Of a stretch of DNA of 64,000 bases, positions 10,428-19,797 are shown piece after piece. Made by a program: the position numbers and the translations under genes. This stretch comes from Candidatus Bathyarchaeota archaeon. Its GTDB lineage: Archaea; Thermoproteota; Bathyarchaeia; 40CM-2-53-6; RBG-13-38-9. The stretch's first letter is position 1. Every line of letters begins with the position of its first letter. The notes beneath the pieces were generated by a model. The model worked only from the letters and a program-made list of their open reading frames with translations, did not search any database and was not told the DNA's origin. Where the stretch lies: positions 599,090 through 663,089 of the forward strand of contig CAWECG010000004.1 in assembly GCA_963807605.1 (NCBI GenBank). Direction: 5' to 3'.

Positions 10428-12566
10428 TTGGATGTTCAAGTGCGCGTACGTGAAAGCGAAACTAATCACAAACCCTTATGTGACAAGCGTCATATTGCTG
10501 GAAAAATGATGAGGCGTTTGGCAACTGCAACCAAAGCAACCCACTTAAACCGCAAGGCAGCCTTCCTCCTAACAGGATTAACTCTGCTGCTTCTCTTGCC
10601 AGCTAGCGCGCGGGCTACGACAGTGGCTCAAAGCTCGACTTACTACGGAACTTCGACCCCAAACCCCCTCCAGCGGAATCTTGATGCGTATGGGAAAGGG
10701 CCGTTTTGTGCAGGCTGTCACTACATGCTATACCCTCTCCCTCCCGAGACGCTTAGGTTCACTGCCCCCCCATCAACGTACCCTGTTGGCCCCACACAGG
10801 CAGAACCTGGGATCAAACGTCTTACTGACAGCCCAGGAAGGAACGTCGGAGCCGTCTACAGTCCTAAAGAGAACAGAATTGTCTGGGATACGGACAGCCT
10901 CGGGAACTGGACCATCTGGATAATGAATGATGATGGAAGCAACAAGAAACAACTAACCTCTAACAGTGTGATTAGCGGTTGGCCTTCATGGAGTCCAGAC
11001 GGCCAAGAACTAACGTACTGGTCCTACGATCCAGCATTAAAGACCTGTGACATATGGAAGATGAAGAATGACGGAACCTTCAAAGTAAGACTAACAACTG
11101 ATGGAACCTTCAAGGGATCTCCAATGTGGAGTCCAAGAGGTGACCGAATAGGCTACACAGCAAACAAGACAGGAAACATGGAAGCATATATCATCAACAC
11201 CGATGGAACTGGAGAAAGACAGATCACCCACGGCCACCCATCCACACGTTCCGTAGAGACCCGCGTCACGTGGCACCCAGACGGGCGAAGACTATACTAT
11301 CAGGTGTTAACCTTCCCTCTACCTCCGAATACTGTTCCGACTATAACTGGAGACGTAGCGTTCGTTGAGATATTCGTAGTGAATGTGGACACAGGCTACG
11401 AGGCCAATTTGACTCCCAAACTACATGAGAATGTTCGAAGCGTCAGTTCTGATGGCAAGATGATGGCGTGCATCTCCCTACGTTCACCCAACTACGGTCT
11501 CTGGGTTATGAATGATGACGGAACAAACCAGAGACGACTAACGTGGAATAGTACAGGTGACAGAGATCCACACTTCAGCCCAGACGGGAAAAGGATTGCC
11601 TACTGGTCCATAACGTCTGGGAATCCCGATATATGGATGATTAATGCTGACGGAAGCAATAACACCAGGTTGACGAACAGTCCTTACATGGACTATTACC
11701 CAACTTGGAGTCCTGATGGAAAGAGAATAGCCTTCGAATCAGATAGAGCCGGCAGTTTCGACATCTGGGTTGTCTCCTTGGACCAACCCCTTATTGCAGA
11801 TGCGGAATTTGAAACTTGCGCGGTCCAGGGCGGCACAGGAAAAGTTCTACTGAAAATGAGACTCAAGGATTCTAATACTCCGGTTCAACTTGAGAAAGTC
11901 GGATTACACTTCGATTGGGATCCTGATGGCAAATACAATGAGATTTCAACTTCACTTCCGAAGATTCTTTCTAAAGTAGGCGATGTTTATCAGGCCACCC
12001 TAAATTTTACAGTTCCTCAAAATGCTGATTTGGGATACCATTTCTACGACGTCAAGGTTCAATACTCAAACGTGAAAGGTGGAGCCGCTGGCGCAGGCGG
12101 GGTGTATGAAGACTCAGCCGGAGATTTGAAGGTGGGGACCCCAGAACACGCACAATGTGACAGACTTTACGTGGAGCTTGGTGGAAAGCTGGAACAGCTC
12201 CATGGGCAAGCGATAAACCGCTCATTCGCGCTCGGCAGCGCTACCTCAGAAGTTACTTTGCCTCTGAAAGGGTACTTCGATTACCTCCGGAAAAAAGACG
12301 CAGAATCTTTCCTCAACGCAAACGATGAATTCAATGAAGGAAGATATCTGTATCTTGCTGGAGACTATGGTTCAGCTCTATCGCACTTCCAAAGAGTGAA
12401 GACTCTTGTCAGTCAGATATCATTAGAAACGATAGGCCAGAGTCCATCCAATTTGTCGGTTTTGGCGGCATTAATACCAGTCGCTTTAATCGTAACCCTC
12501 CTCGCCTTTCACATTACGAGAACTAGAAGGAACCAACAGGAGAAGCTCGGAACCTCTAAACGATGA
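10428..12566 (+). CDS. secreted PD40/TolB-like beta-propeller repeat protein with C-terminal TM anchor
   Basis: Signal peptide LLTGLTLLLLLPASARA (true start probably the M near 10506). Multiple W(S/T)PDG(K/R) PD40 repeats. C-terminal hydrophobic helix then RTRRNQQ. Confidence 0.65.
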   Translation: MDVQVRVRESETNHKPLCDKRHIAGKMMRRLATATKATHLNRKAAFLLTGLTLLLLLPASARATTVAQSSTYYGTSTPNPLQRNLDAYGKGPFCAGCHYMLYPLPPETLRFTAPPSTYPVGPTQAEPGIKRLTDSPGRNVGAVYSPKENRIVWDTDSLGNWTIWIMNDDGSNKKQLTSNSVISGWPSWSPDGQELTYWSYDPALKTCDIWKMKNDGTFKVRLTTDGTFKGSPMWSPRGDRIGYTANKTGNMEAYIINTDGTGERQITHGHPSTRSVETRVTWHPDGRRLYYQVLTFPLPPNTVPTITGDVAFVEIFVVNVDTGYEANLTPKLHENVRSVSSDGKMMACISLRSPNYGLWVMNDDGTNQRRLTWNSTGDRDPHFSPDGKRIAYWSITSGNPDIWMINADGSNNTRLTNSPYMDYYPTWSPDGKRIAFESDRAGSFDIWVVSLDQPLIADAEFETCAVQGGTGKVLLKMRLKDSNTPVQLEKVGLHFDWDPDGKYNEISTSLPKILSKVGDVYQATLNFTVPQNADLGYHFYDVKVQYSNVKGGAAGAGGVYEDSAGDLKVGTPEHAQCDRLYVELGGKLEQLHGQAINRSFALGSATSEVTLPLKGYFDYLRKKDAESFLNANDEFNEGRYLYLAGDYGSALSHFQRVKTLVSQISLETIGQSPSNLSVLAALIPVALIVTLLAFHITRTRRNQQEKLGTSKR

Positions 12567-12680
12567 TTCCTAGCTGACTTGCACAGCCGGACATACTAAT
12601 CAGAGTTTCAGCCGTTCTACCGCAAACTGGTGCGATAGGATATTTCTCTATTTTACGCGCTCGCAAGTCAAACCGCCTCC

Positions 12681-12730
12681 GTGAACTTACCCACCCCTCA
12701 AGGGTGTAGGATTTCCCGCTCACCTTTTTT
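12681..12730 (-). mobile_element. miniature family-C IS derivative (left-end start fused to right-end terminus)
   Basis: Reverse complement AAAAAAGGTGAGCGGGAAATCC|TACACCCTTGAGGGGTGGGTAAGTTCAC matches the first 22 nt of the left end at 3135-3156 joined to the right-end hairpin and terminus at 4451-4480. Confidence 0.5.
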
Positions 12731-12779
12731 AACACCTAAGATGGATTTCTGACAAGAAAAAGAAAAGGGGGTGACTGCT

Positions 12780-13049
12780 CTACCAGTAGCCAAGCATAGG
12801 TGGTCTGAAGTATGCTGGCCATGAGTACGCATAGAACCGCGGGTAGGCATAATAGGGTTGGAAATACTGAGGCATGAAGAATGGATAGCGCCCATTACTG
12901 TAAGCCGCCGCACCTAAGAGTCCACCTACAGCACCACCAGCTATGCCTCCTATCACTAGTCCTGCCGGTCCCCCTAGAATCAGGCCACCGAGGCCTCCCA
13001 GAAAAGCACCTCCGAGTGCCCCACCAACTACGTACGACATATAATTCAC
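12780..13049 (-). CDS. small glycine-zipper membrane protein with Tyr/Pro/Phe-rich tail
   Basis: GGALGGAFLGGLGGLILGG...GGIAGGAVGGLLGAAAY glycine-zipper segment, then YPFFMPQYFQPYYAYPRFYAYSWPAYFRPP. Confidence 0.45.
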   Translation of the reverse strand: MNYMSYVVGGALGGAFLGGLGGLILGGPAGLVIGGIAGGAVGGLLGAAAYSNGRYPFFMPQYFQPYYAYPRFYAYSWPAYFRPPMLGYW

Positions 13050-13229
13050 CTTAACAGAATTATGTTAGCGCTACAGTAAAAGATATCGCCTTCAAGACAT
13101 TGGAGCCCCAGATCATGTCCAGAGTATTGGAACACTGCACGAAGGTCTCGCGACATGTGGCAGTTTACGGGGGAATAATAAGCTAGACTGGGAATAGATC
13201 ATAAAAAACCGTGGCAAGCCCCTGAAAAC

Positions 13230-13703
13230 TTGCCCGATATTGAAGAGTCGAGGCATCAGATCCACATGGAGGTCAACATTCGTCAACCGAAAACAGCTGA
13301 GGACTTTAAGAATTACTACGATTTACGATGGAGGATTCTCAGAAAACCTTGGAACCAGCCCAAGGGAAGCCAGAGAGATGAGCATGAGGAAAGGGCAATC
13401 CACATTATGGCATGCATGGGCGAGGAGACAGTTGGGGTGGGAAGGGTTCATTTCAACTCTCTTGAGGAAGCCCAATTGAGGTACATGGCGGTTGAGACGA
13501 GTTATCAGGGCAAGGGCATCGGGAGCTTGATGCTTAGAGAGCTCGAAAAGAGAGCAAGGAAACAAGGAGCAAAATACATGGTGGTGAATGGGAGGGAGAA
13601 CGCGGTGAGATTCTACAAGAAGAATGGTTATACGTTAGTGGGTGATGCTCCGACCCTCTTTGGATGCATCAAACAGTCGAGGTTACGGAAGGATTTTGAA
13701 TGA
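13230..13703 (+). CDS. GNAT-family N-acetyltransferase
   Basis: Acetyl-CoA binding motif YQGKGIGSLML...KQGAKYMVVN. Confidence 0.65.
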   Translation: MPDIEESRHQIHMEVNIRQPKTAEDFKNYYDLRWRILRKPWNQPKGSQRDEHEERAIHIMACMGEETVGVGRVHFNSLEEAQLRYMAVETSYQGKGIGSLMLRELEKRARKQGAKYMVVNGRENAVRFYKKNGYTLVGDAPTLFGCIKQSRLRKDFE

Positions 13704-13918
13704 ACACGAGACAACTCACACGCACGTGTCCGTGAATTTTGGAAGGATCGAGTTGAGATTGTGGGTGATAGTGTGGGCATTCCTTGGTCAGACGTTGTTG
13801 GCTAGGATTCTCTCGTTGGAACCCAAATTATTTAGCTTTGAATGATCCAAGTATATCTAGAGCGCACACGCATAGTTACAATGAACATTTTGGTTAAAGA
13901 TTGAAGAGTGTTTGACTG

Positions 13919-14341
13919 ATGGCAGACATTTACCCCTGCATTAACTGCAGAAATCCTTTGACATTGGATGCCGACTTCTGCGATCAATGTGGTCATCCTT
14001 CTTCAGGAAGTCTTTGGGCGGCATTACGGAGACTTGAAGATCAGCTAAGAGATTTGGAAAAACAGCTAAAGTCAAAGAAGATGAAGGCCCCAGCCGTTCG
14101 CCCAAAGAAGATCCCGATGGATAAATTCGATGAACTTTACAAGAAGGGATTGAATGATAGGGAGATAGCCAGAGAACTCGACGTAGCCTTTTCAAGAATA
14201 TACAGAATGCGAAAGAAGTTGAATCTACAGGCTAACGCTCCGCGGGGTTTCCCGAAATACGTCTATGAGAGGAGAAAGAAACAACCCGGAGAGAAAGCAG
14301 ATTCAAAAACCATCGCAGAAGGTCAAACAAAACAGACCTAG
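13919..14341 (+). CDS. zinc-ribbon plus HTH small protein (putative regulator)
   Basis: CINCRN...CDQCGH ribbon, then GLNDREIARELDVAFSRIYRMRKK helix-turn-helix. Confidence 0.4.
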   Translation: MADIYPCINCRNPLTLDADFCDQCGHPSSGSLWAALRRLEDQLRDLEKQLKSKKMKAPAVRPKKIPMDKFDELYKKGLNDREIARELDVAFSRIYRMRKKLNLQANAPRGFPKYVYERRKKQPGEKADSKTIAEGQTKQT

Positions 14342-14621
14342 AAAATCGTCATATCTTAACTGATGGTTCGCGCCCAGAACACATTTGACTCTGCATCGCA
14401 AACGTAGTCCTGATGAAGACCCTCAATCGCGACCCAGACTAGTAGCCTCATCGATCATGGTCGGATACTAGAGTCTGTCTTTCAAGTTCTTCAATTTGCT
14501 AATTCAGAACTGCTGGGAAGCCATTGCCTTTCTACGCGGACGCAGTATAGGGAATCCTCACAAGCTGATCTTATCTCATCTGATATATTGGCAGACGGTA
14601 GGCCGACTGTTGATATCGAGT

Positions 14622-15737
14622 CTAACTTCTTTTAGATGCGGCTGAGACTACAGCCCGAGCGACATCTTCAGGCGTCATCCCCGGAGACTCTACTTCATTG
14701 TCCATGTAGAAACGGCAGATTCGATCAGCTAAGCTTTGCTTCACGACTTCTGCATCTCTTAGTGCGCTCTCCAGTAGCTTGAGGCGCTCTCGTGGAACGA
14801 AGGAGAAATCTCCCGTTATCATGATATCCACTATCCTATCGTCAAAGGTCTCGACCAGAACGCGCAGGAGTCCGCCTGTCGTTTTGTAGACGGACTCTCC
14901 CACGAAGGCTCTGCCTGATATCTTGAGGTTTCTCTTACTGATCAGGTCTCTGTGTTCATTCCCTATGGAGTGGAGCCAGTCCAAACTCATATACTTCTTC
15001 TCAAGCGATTCGATAATCTCCGATTCGGCCTGTGAGAGTTCACCTTCTACTAGCGCAGAGTTCAAGCTGGCCTCATAGTTTCGCCTTAACAGTTCTCTGA
15101 CGTGCTCTCGGCTCGGCGGATCTGGAAGCTCGTTTTCTATCGTAGTCAGTCTCTCTCTGAGGGTCTTCGCGACCTTGTCTCTGAACTTTTCGTTGGGCAC
15201 CTTCAATATCCGAGTCATTTCTTCGAAATTGAAGTCGAAAATGATATTCCCTGTAAGGATCGCAACTGAGCCGATCTCGGTGGCACCACTTCCGCTTAGC
15301 TTCCTTCCTTCAACTTCTATATCGTTGATGGACCTGTATTGTGCTGGGATATCGATGTCGTTGTAGGTCTTTGTCGGAGCGACTAGAAACTTCTTGAAGA
15401 GCTCCTGAATAGAGCCAGGGACTTCAGGGTCAGACTTCTTGGCTATGACTTGGTAGAAGAGTTGATCTCCGTCTAGGTAGACTGCCCCGCCCCCGAGAAT
15501 CCGCCTCACTACAGGCAAACCCTTCAGGCTACAATACTCAGTATCAACCTCCACCTCTATTTCCTGGCGGTAACCCACACAGACGAGTGGGTTGTTGGGG
15601 CTGCAGAGTATGATGGTGCTTGGTGACATATTCTTGTCCACCGCCAGTGCTACGGCGTGGTAGACGACTTGAGTCGTAAGAGGAGGCAGATCGGCAAGGT
15701 CAAGAAGACGCCACGCAGAACCCAAGGCGGATATCAA
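14622..15737 (-). CDS. lplA: lipoate-protein ligase A family
   Basis: RRILGGGAVYLD matches the LplA/LipB signature RRxxGGGAVYHD. Also KLSGSG and an overall BPL/LPL fold plus C-terminal domain. Confidence 0.6.
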   Translation of the reverse strand: MISALGSAWRLLDLADLPPLTTQVVYHAVALAVDKNMSPSTIILCSPNNPLVCVGYRQEIEVEVDTEYCSLKGLPVVRRILGGGAVYLDGDQLFYQVIAKKSDPEVPGSIQELFKKFLVAPTKTYNDIDIPAQYRSINDIEVEGRKLSGSGATEIGSVAILTGNIIFDFNFEEMTRILKVPNEKFRDKVAKTLRERLTTIENELPDPPSREHVRELLRRNYEASLNSALVEGELSQAESEIIESLEKKYMSLDWLHSIGNEHRDLISKRNLKISGRAFVGESVYKTTGGLLRVLVETFDDRIVDIMITGDFSFVPRERLKLLESALRDAEVVKQSLADRICRFYMDNEVESPGMTPEDVARAVVSAASKRS

Positions 15738-15804
15738 CTCTTACACGAAAGAGTATTCCAGGTTGTAAAACAGTTTAACTCAGATATACAGCAACGTCCG
15801 AATT

Positions 15805-16551
15805 TTACTTCATTCGCTCGAAGGACCTTGTTCCGATCGTGAACATCACTGCCGCGAACCCTGCAAGAATGGCAAGGTCTAGTGAGAGAGGAAACTGTGA
15901 AATCCCTATAGTTACTGTCCTGAGACTGTCAACACCGTACGTTACGGGATCGATGTATGTTATAGTTGAGAGCCAGAGAGGAAGACCTTTCAGGGGAAAG
16001 AGTGCGCCGCTGAAGAAGAAAAGCGGAAAGACGAGGAAACTCACAATCATGTTGAACCCTTCCGGGCTTTCCATAAGTGAACCTATTATCAGACCGGCAC
16101 TTACCAGACTAAGAGACAGTAGGAAGAGTATGAGAATGGCCAGCAGGAAGATTGAGGGTGTCAAGTAGACCCCGAGTGTGAAGCTTATCATAAGCATTAT
16201 GAAGGCTTGGATCATCGAGTCTGTACATCCACCAAGGACTTTCCCGACAAAAATCGTGGTCCTCGAGAGCGGGGCCACAAGAACCGCCTTGAGTATATCG
16301 ATCTTCCTGTCCCAGATGATATAGACCCCGTAGAAGACTGAGCTGAACAGAACGCTCATAGCCAGGATCCCCGGGTAGATGAAGACTTGATAGTTGACAG
16401 CTCCTATATTCACCGCTGAACCGAGCCCTCCACCGAAAACAAAGATCCAGAGTATGGGATTCACAATGGAGGTTACGACACGCGACTTCTCACGCGTGAA
16501 GACCTTGAACTCTCTAAACCAGAGAGCGTAGATCGCCTCGGCTTGACTCAT
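15805..16551 (-). CDS. ABC-2 type transporter permease
   Basis: Six TM helices. Overlaps the upstream ATPase gene by 4 nt (operon). Confidence 0.65.
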   Translation of the reverse strand: MSQAEAIYALWFREFKVFTREKSRVVTSIVNPILWIFVFGGGLGSAVNIGAVNYQVFIYPGILAMSVLFSSVFYGVYIIWDRKIDILKAVLVAPLSRTTIFVGKVLGGCTDSMIQAFIMLMISFTLGVYLTPSIFLLAILILFLLSLSLVSAGLIIGSLMESPEGFNMIVSFLVFPLFFFSGALFPLKGLPLWLSTITYIDPVTYGVDSLRTVTIGISQFPLSLDLAILAGFAAVMFTIGTRSFERMK

Positions 16552-17519
16552 CTCGTGGTTCTCCTTCGTATGATTCTTTGGGCGATTCCACCCTCACCCG
16601 TCTCCTCCCTAATCTCCTTGCCCGTGTACCTGATAAAAACGTCCTCCAAGCTTGCAGGTCTGACCTCGACACTCTCGACTTTTCCAGCCGTATTAAGTAT
16701 CTCTTGGAGATGTTCGTTCGAATTTCTAACCGTCAGGATGATGTAGTTGTCTTCCACCTCGATCTTACTGACGCTCTGCATCTTCCTGAACCGATCAGTA
16801 TCTGAAATTGATGTTTTCAAGCAAACGATGTCTCCTCCAACCGTCTCCTTAAGGTTTTGAGGGGTGTCCATGACGATTATCTTCCCCTGATCGATTATTG
16901 CGATTCTGTCGCAGAGTCTGTCAGCCTCTTCCATATAATGTGTCGAGAGGATTATGGTCATCTCGAGTTTCTTGGACAGGTTCTCTATGTATTCCCAGAT
17001 ATGTTCGCGAGTCTGAGGGTCTAGTCCTAGGGTAGGTTCATCCAAGAATAACACCTTGGGAAGGTGGAGGAGACCTCGAGCTATCTCGAGCCTTCTCCTC
17101 ATCCCCCCAGAGTAGGTCTTGACAAGGCTATGTTGTCGGTCTTTGAGGGCTACCAGCTCAAGGACGTCGTCTATCCTCTCATCTCGTATCTTCTTGGGAA
17201 TGCGATACCACATTGCATGGAACTGCAGATTCTCTCTTCCAGTAAGTATATCGTCGACGCTAGGTTCTTGAAATACTATGCCGATGGACTTCCGGACATC
17301 GCCAGGTTTCCTCAGTATGTCGTAGCCATTGACCGTGGCAGTACCCTCGGTCGGCCGCAGAATTGTGCAGAGCATTGAAATGCTCGTCGTCTTGCCGGCA
17401 CCGTTGGGCCCGAGTATGCCAAAGATCTCTCCCTGTTTGATCTTGATGTTAAGCCGATCCACGGCTGTGAGATCCTTAAACCTCTTAGTAAGGTCGAAGG
17501 TCTCTATAGCATTCTCCAA
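16548..17519 (-). CDS. ABC transporter ATP-binding protein
   Basis: Walker A GPNGAGKTT, signature YSGGMRRRLEIA, Walker B LFLDEPT. Confidence 0.8.
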   Translation of the reverse strand: MENAIETFDLTKRFKDLTAVDRLNIKIKQGEIFGILGPNGAGKTTSISMLCTILRPTEGTATVNGYDILRKPGDVRKSIGIVFQEPSVDDILTGRENLQFHAMWYRIPKKIRDERIDDVLELVALKDRQHSLVKTYSGGMRRRLEIARGLLHLPKVLFLDEPTLGLDPQTREHIWEYIENLSKKLEMTIILSTHYMEEADRLCDRIAIIDQGKIIVMDTPQNLKETVGGDIVCLKTSISDTDRFRKMQSVSKIEVEDNYIILTVRNSNEHLQEILNTAGKVESVEVRPASLEDVFIRYTGKEIREETGEGGIAQRIIRRRTTR

Positions 17520-17698
17520 TGTCCGGTGAACTCCTAGGTGGAGATAAGTCTAGAGTGGCGACCTATTTGTCTTGCTCCAGATCCGAATACATCTTGATTT
17601 TTTTCTTGCTATTCGGGAGTTACCGCACGTATTCTTGGAGTAGATATGGGAAGCGCAACCTGATGTCACGTCTCAAAGGTTCATTAGCCACTCCGTTT

Positions 17699-18961
17699 CT
17701 AAAAATGTGTATTTTTATGCACGACATTTTTATTCGGAGCGTTGGATGGCTCTGTCCCACCTGCTCCTCGGTCCTTGGCCGGGGTGTACAGGTATTCATT
17801 CTTCTTCGCCATCCAAGAGGCGTCCGCACTCACGGCAAACGGTTGGCCGCATAGGCGTAGTCCACGTTGAACTATCTCCAGTGAGGAGAGCTTGTTTCGT
17901 GCGTAGTCCACGCCGCAGGTGTCACACTTTGATATCTCCCAGGCTGGGTGCTTTAGTTTGTCACTGCAGACGGGACACTCTGAGGAGGTCCCTCTTGGGT
18001 TCACGTACAAGGTGCGATTAGGAGATTTGTACTCGACCATAGACTGGTAGAGGCGGTAGGGCCATCGGTTCAGGTGCATCCTGAACCTCTTTCCTTTGTT
18101 CTTTCCGCCTTTTCTAATGCCTTTGAGATTCTCGAAGATATGTGAGGTGCCCGGGTTTGCTTTCACGGTCTCTGTGCTGAGTTTGTGGAGGGTGTCGTTT
18201 ATGCGGTTTTTTTGTCTGCCCCGTGTCTCTCTCAGTTTCCTTTCACGTTTCTGCGGGTTCTTGACGTGCAGTTGGATTTGTCGTCGTCTTCTTGAGAAAT
18301 CGTTTTGGATTCTGGTTATTTGTGTGATTGGGGTAGTTTTCACGTCTTCGAGGCTTGGTGTGCTGTTGGCAATCACGGTGGTGGAGTCGATGGTGCTAAA
18401 GTTCAGGTCGCTGCCAACAAATCTGCCGCCTATGGGTTTATTGTCGTCTGTGATGGTGAATGTGAGGCAGATCTTTCTGTCGGTTATCAGCAGCTCGGAT
18501 GGTCTGCCTCTGTTGTATTCTTGGTAGTGTTTGTTGGCGGTGTTGAGTGGTAACCATACGTACTGGTTTGGTTGTAGCGTTACCCTGATCTTGTCGTCCA
18601 TGATTCTGAACAGTTCTGTGTCGATGCGCATCGCCAGCCTTTGGACGTCTGGGATTCGTAGTTCACCGTGATGATTCTTCCTGTACGAGCGAATTATTCC
18701 TGTCGCCGCTCTGCACACGGGGTTGATGTGGTGTCTTGCATAGTCGTATCTGGAGTTGAACCAGTCTCTTGTTTCTCTTCTCAGTATTATTGGGGAAGGT
18801 ATTCTGCGCTCCTTGTCTCTCACGATTATTCTGTAGGCGAGTTGGAGCGAGTAATTGATGGCATCTCGCATGTCCTGAAGGTACTTCACTGTTGCCTCCG
18901 ACGGTTCGTAGCCCCAAGCAATCGTCCTCTTCCCTCCCTTCGACCTCCACGGATGATTCAA
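17699..18961 (-). CDS. tnpB: TnpB-like protein of the IS607 element
   Basis: RuvC-like core. C-terminal zinc ribbon CPVCSDK...CDTCG. Sits immediately downstream of the serine recombinase. Confidence 0.7.
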   Translation of the reverse strand: MNHPWRSKGGKRTIAWGYEPSEATVKYLQDMRDAINYSLQLAYRIIVRDKERRIPSPIILRRETRDWFNSRYDYARHHINPVCRAATGIIRSYRKNHHGELRIPDVQRLAMRIDTELFRIMDDKIRVTLQPNQYVWLPLNTANKHYQEYNRGRPSELLITDRKICLTFTITDDNKPIGGRFVGSDLNFSTIDSTTVIANSTPSLEDVKTTPITQITRIQNDFSRRRRQIQLHVKNPQKRERKLRETRGRQKNRINDTLHKLSTETVKANPGTSHIFENLKGIRKGGKNKGKRFRMHLNRWPYRLYQSMVEYKSPNRTLYVNPRGTSSECPVCSDKLKHPAWEISKCDTCGVDYARNKLSSLEIVQRGLRLCGQPFAVSADASWMAKKNEYLYTPAKDRGAGGTEPSNAPNKNVVHKNTHF

Positions 18962-19569
18962 CGTGCCGTTACCTCCTTTACGGTGGCAAGTAGCTTCTTG
19001 GTCTTGTGGCTTCTGAGTCCATACAGCTTCGCTGAGAGAGAAGTGATTATGGTTATCAGATCCTGAACGAGCTCTTCCTGTGAAGAGATAAACTCTCTAT
19101 TGTTGACCGCCACGATCTCCGTTCCGAATTTCTCGCATAGCCATTGAATCAGGTCGAAGCCGAACCTTGCGAGCCTGTCCTCATATGTAACATAAAGCTT
19201 TGATACTTTCCTGTTCACGATGGCTTCTAGGAGCTTTCGAAGGTCTCTTCTCCGAAAGTTTAGCCCAGACCTGATGTCGCTGAAGACTTCTGCATCGGGC
19301 GAAGCGATCTCTTTTAGTACCCGGATCTGTCTCTCAAGGATTCCTTTCTGGTCATGGGAGGAGACTCGGGCGTAGATTGCTTCCCTTCTATCTTCGGGTA
19401 GACTGAGAACTCTTCTGATTTCGCTCTCGGGAATGCGTCTCATACCACTTGGAAGCCTGATACATTTTATCTTGCCCGCCCTATCCCAAACCTGAATTGT
19501 ATGCACGGTTACACCGAGAGCTGATGCAGCCTCTTTCGGACGGTAACTCTTCTCCACGCTGAAATACAC
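18958..19569 (-). CDS. tnpA: IS607-family serine recombinase/transposase with MerR-like HTH
   Basis: N-terminal MerR-type HTH (EAASALGVTVHTIQVWDRAGKI). Catalytic serine motif AIYARVSSHDQK. Confidence 0.8.
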   Translation of the reverse strand: MYFSVEKSYRPKEAASALGVTVHTIQVWDRAGKIKCIRLPSGMRRIPESEIRRVLSLPEDRREAIYARVSSHDQKGILERQIRVLKEIASPDAEVFSDIRSGLNFRRRDLRKLLEAIVNRKVSKLYVTYEDRLARFGFDLIQWLCEKFGTEIVAVNNREFISSQEELVQDLITIITSLSAKLYGLRSHKTKKLLATVKEVTAR

Positions 19570-19797
19570 CCAAATACATAATTATACATACTTGTTTATG
19601 ACTGTTACATTACCCTCTGGGTTAGAGAGGCGTTCAAGGTCGTGTAGACTTGTCGAAGGCGGAAAGCGTTGGGCTTAACATACTACTCATAACCTCCAGA
19701 CAAGATCTTGGACATCCAGAGTCCAAGAGAATACAAACTACTATCCATCAAGCAGATGATAGATATTGACTCGGCCTTAAGGCATTTAGGTAGGAAA

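Larger units (their letters stand above)
17540..19640 (-). mobile_element. IS607-family element (serine-recombinase tnpA plus tnpB); boundaries approximate
   Basis: tnpA and tnpB on the same strand with a 4-nt overlap. Ends not mapped. Confidence 0.55.
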
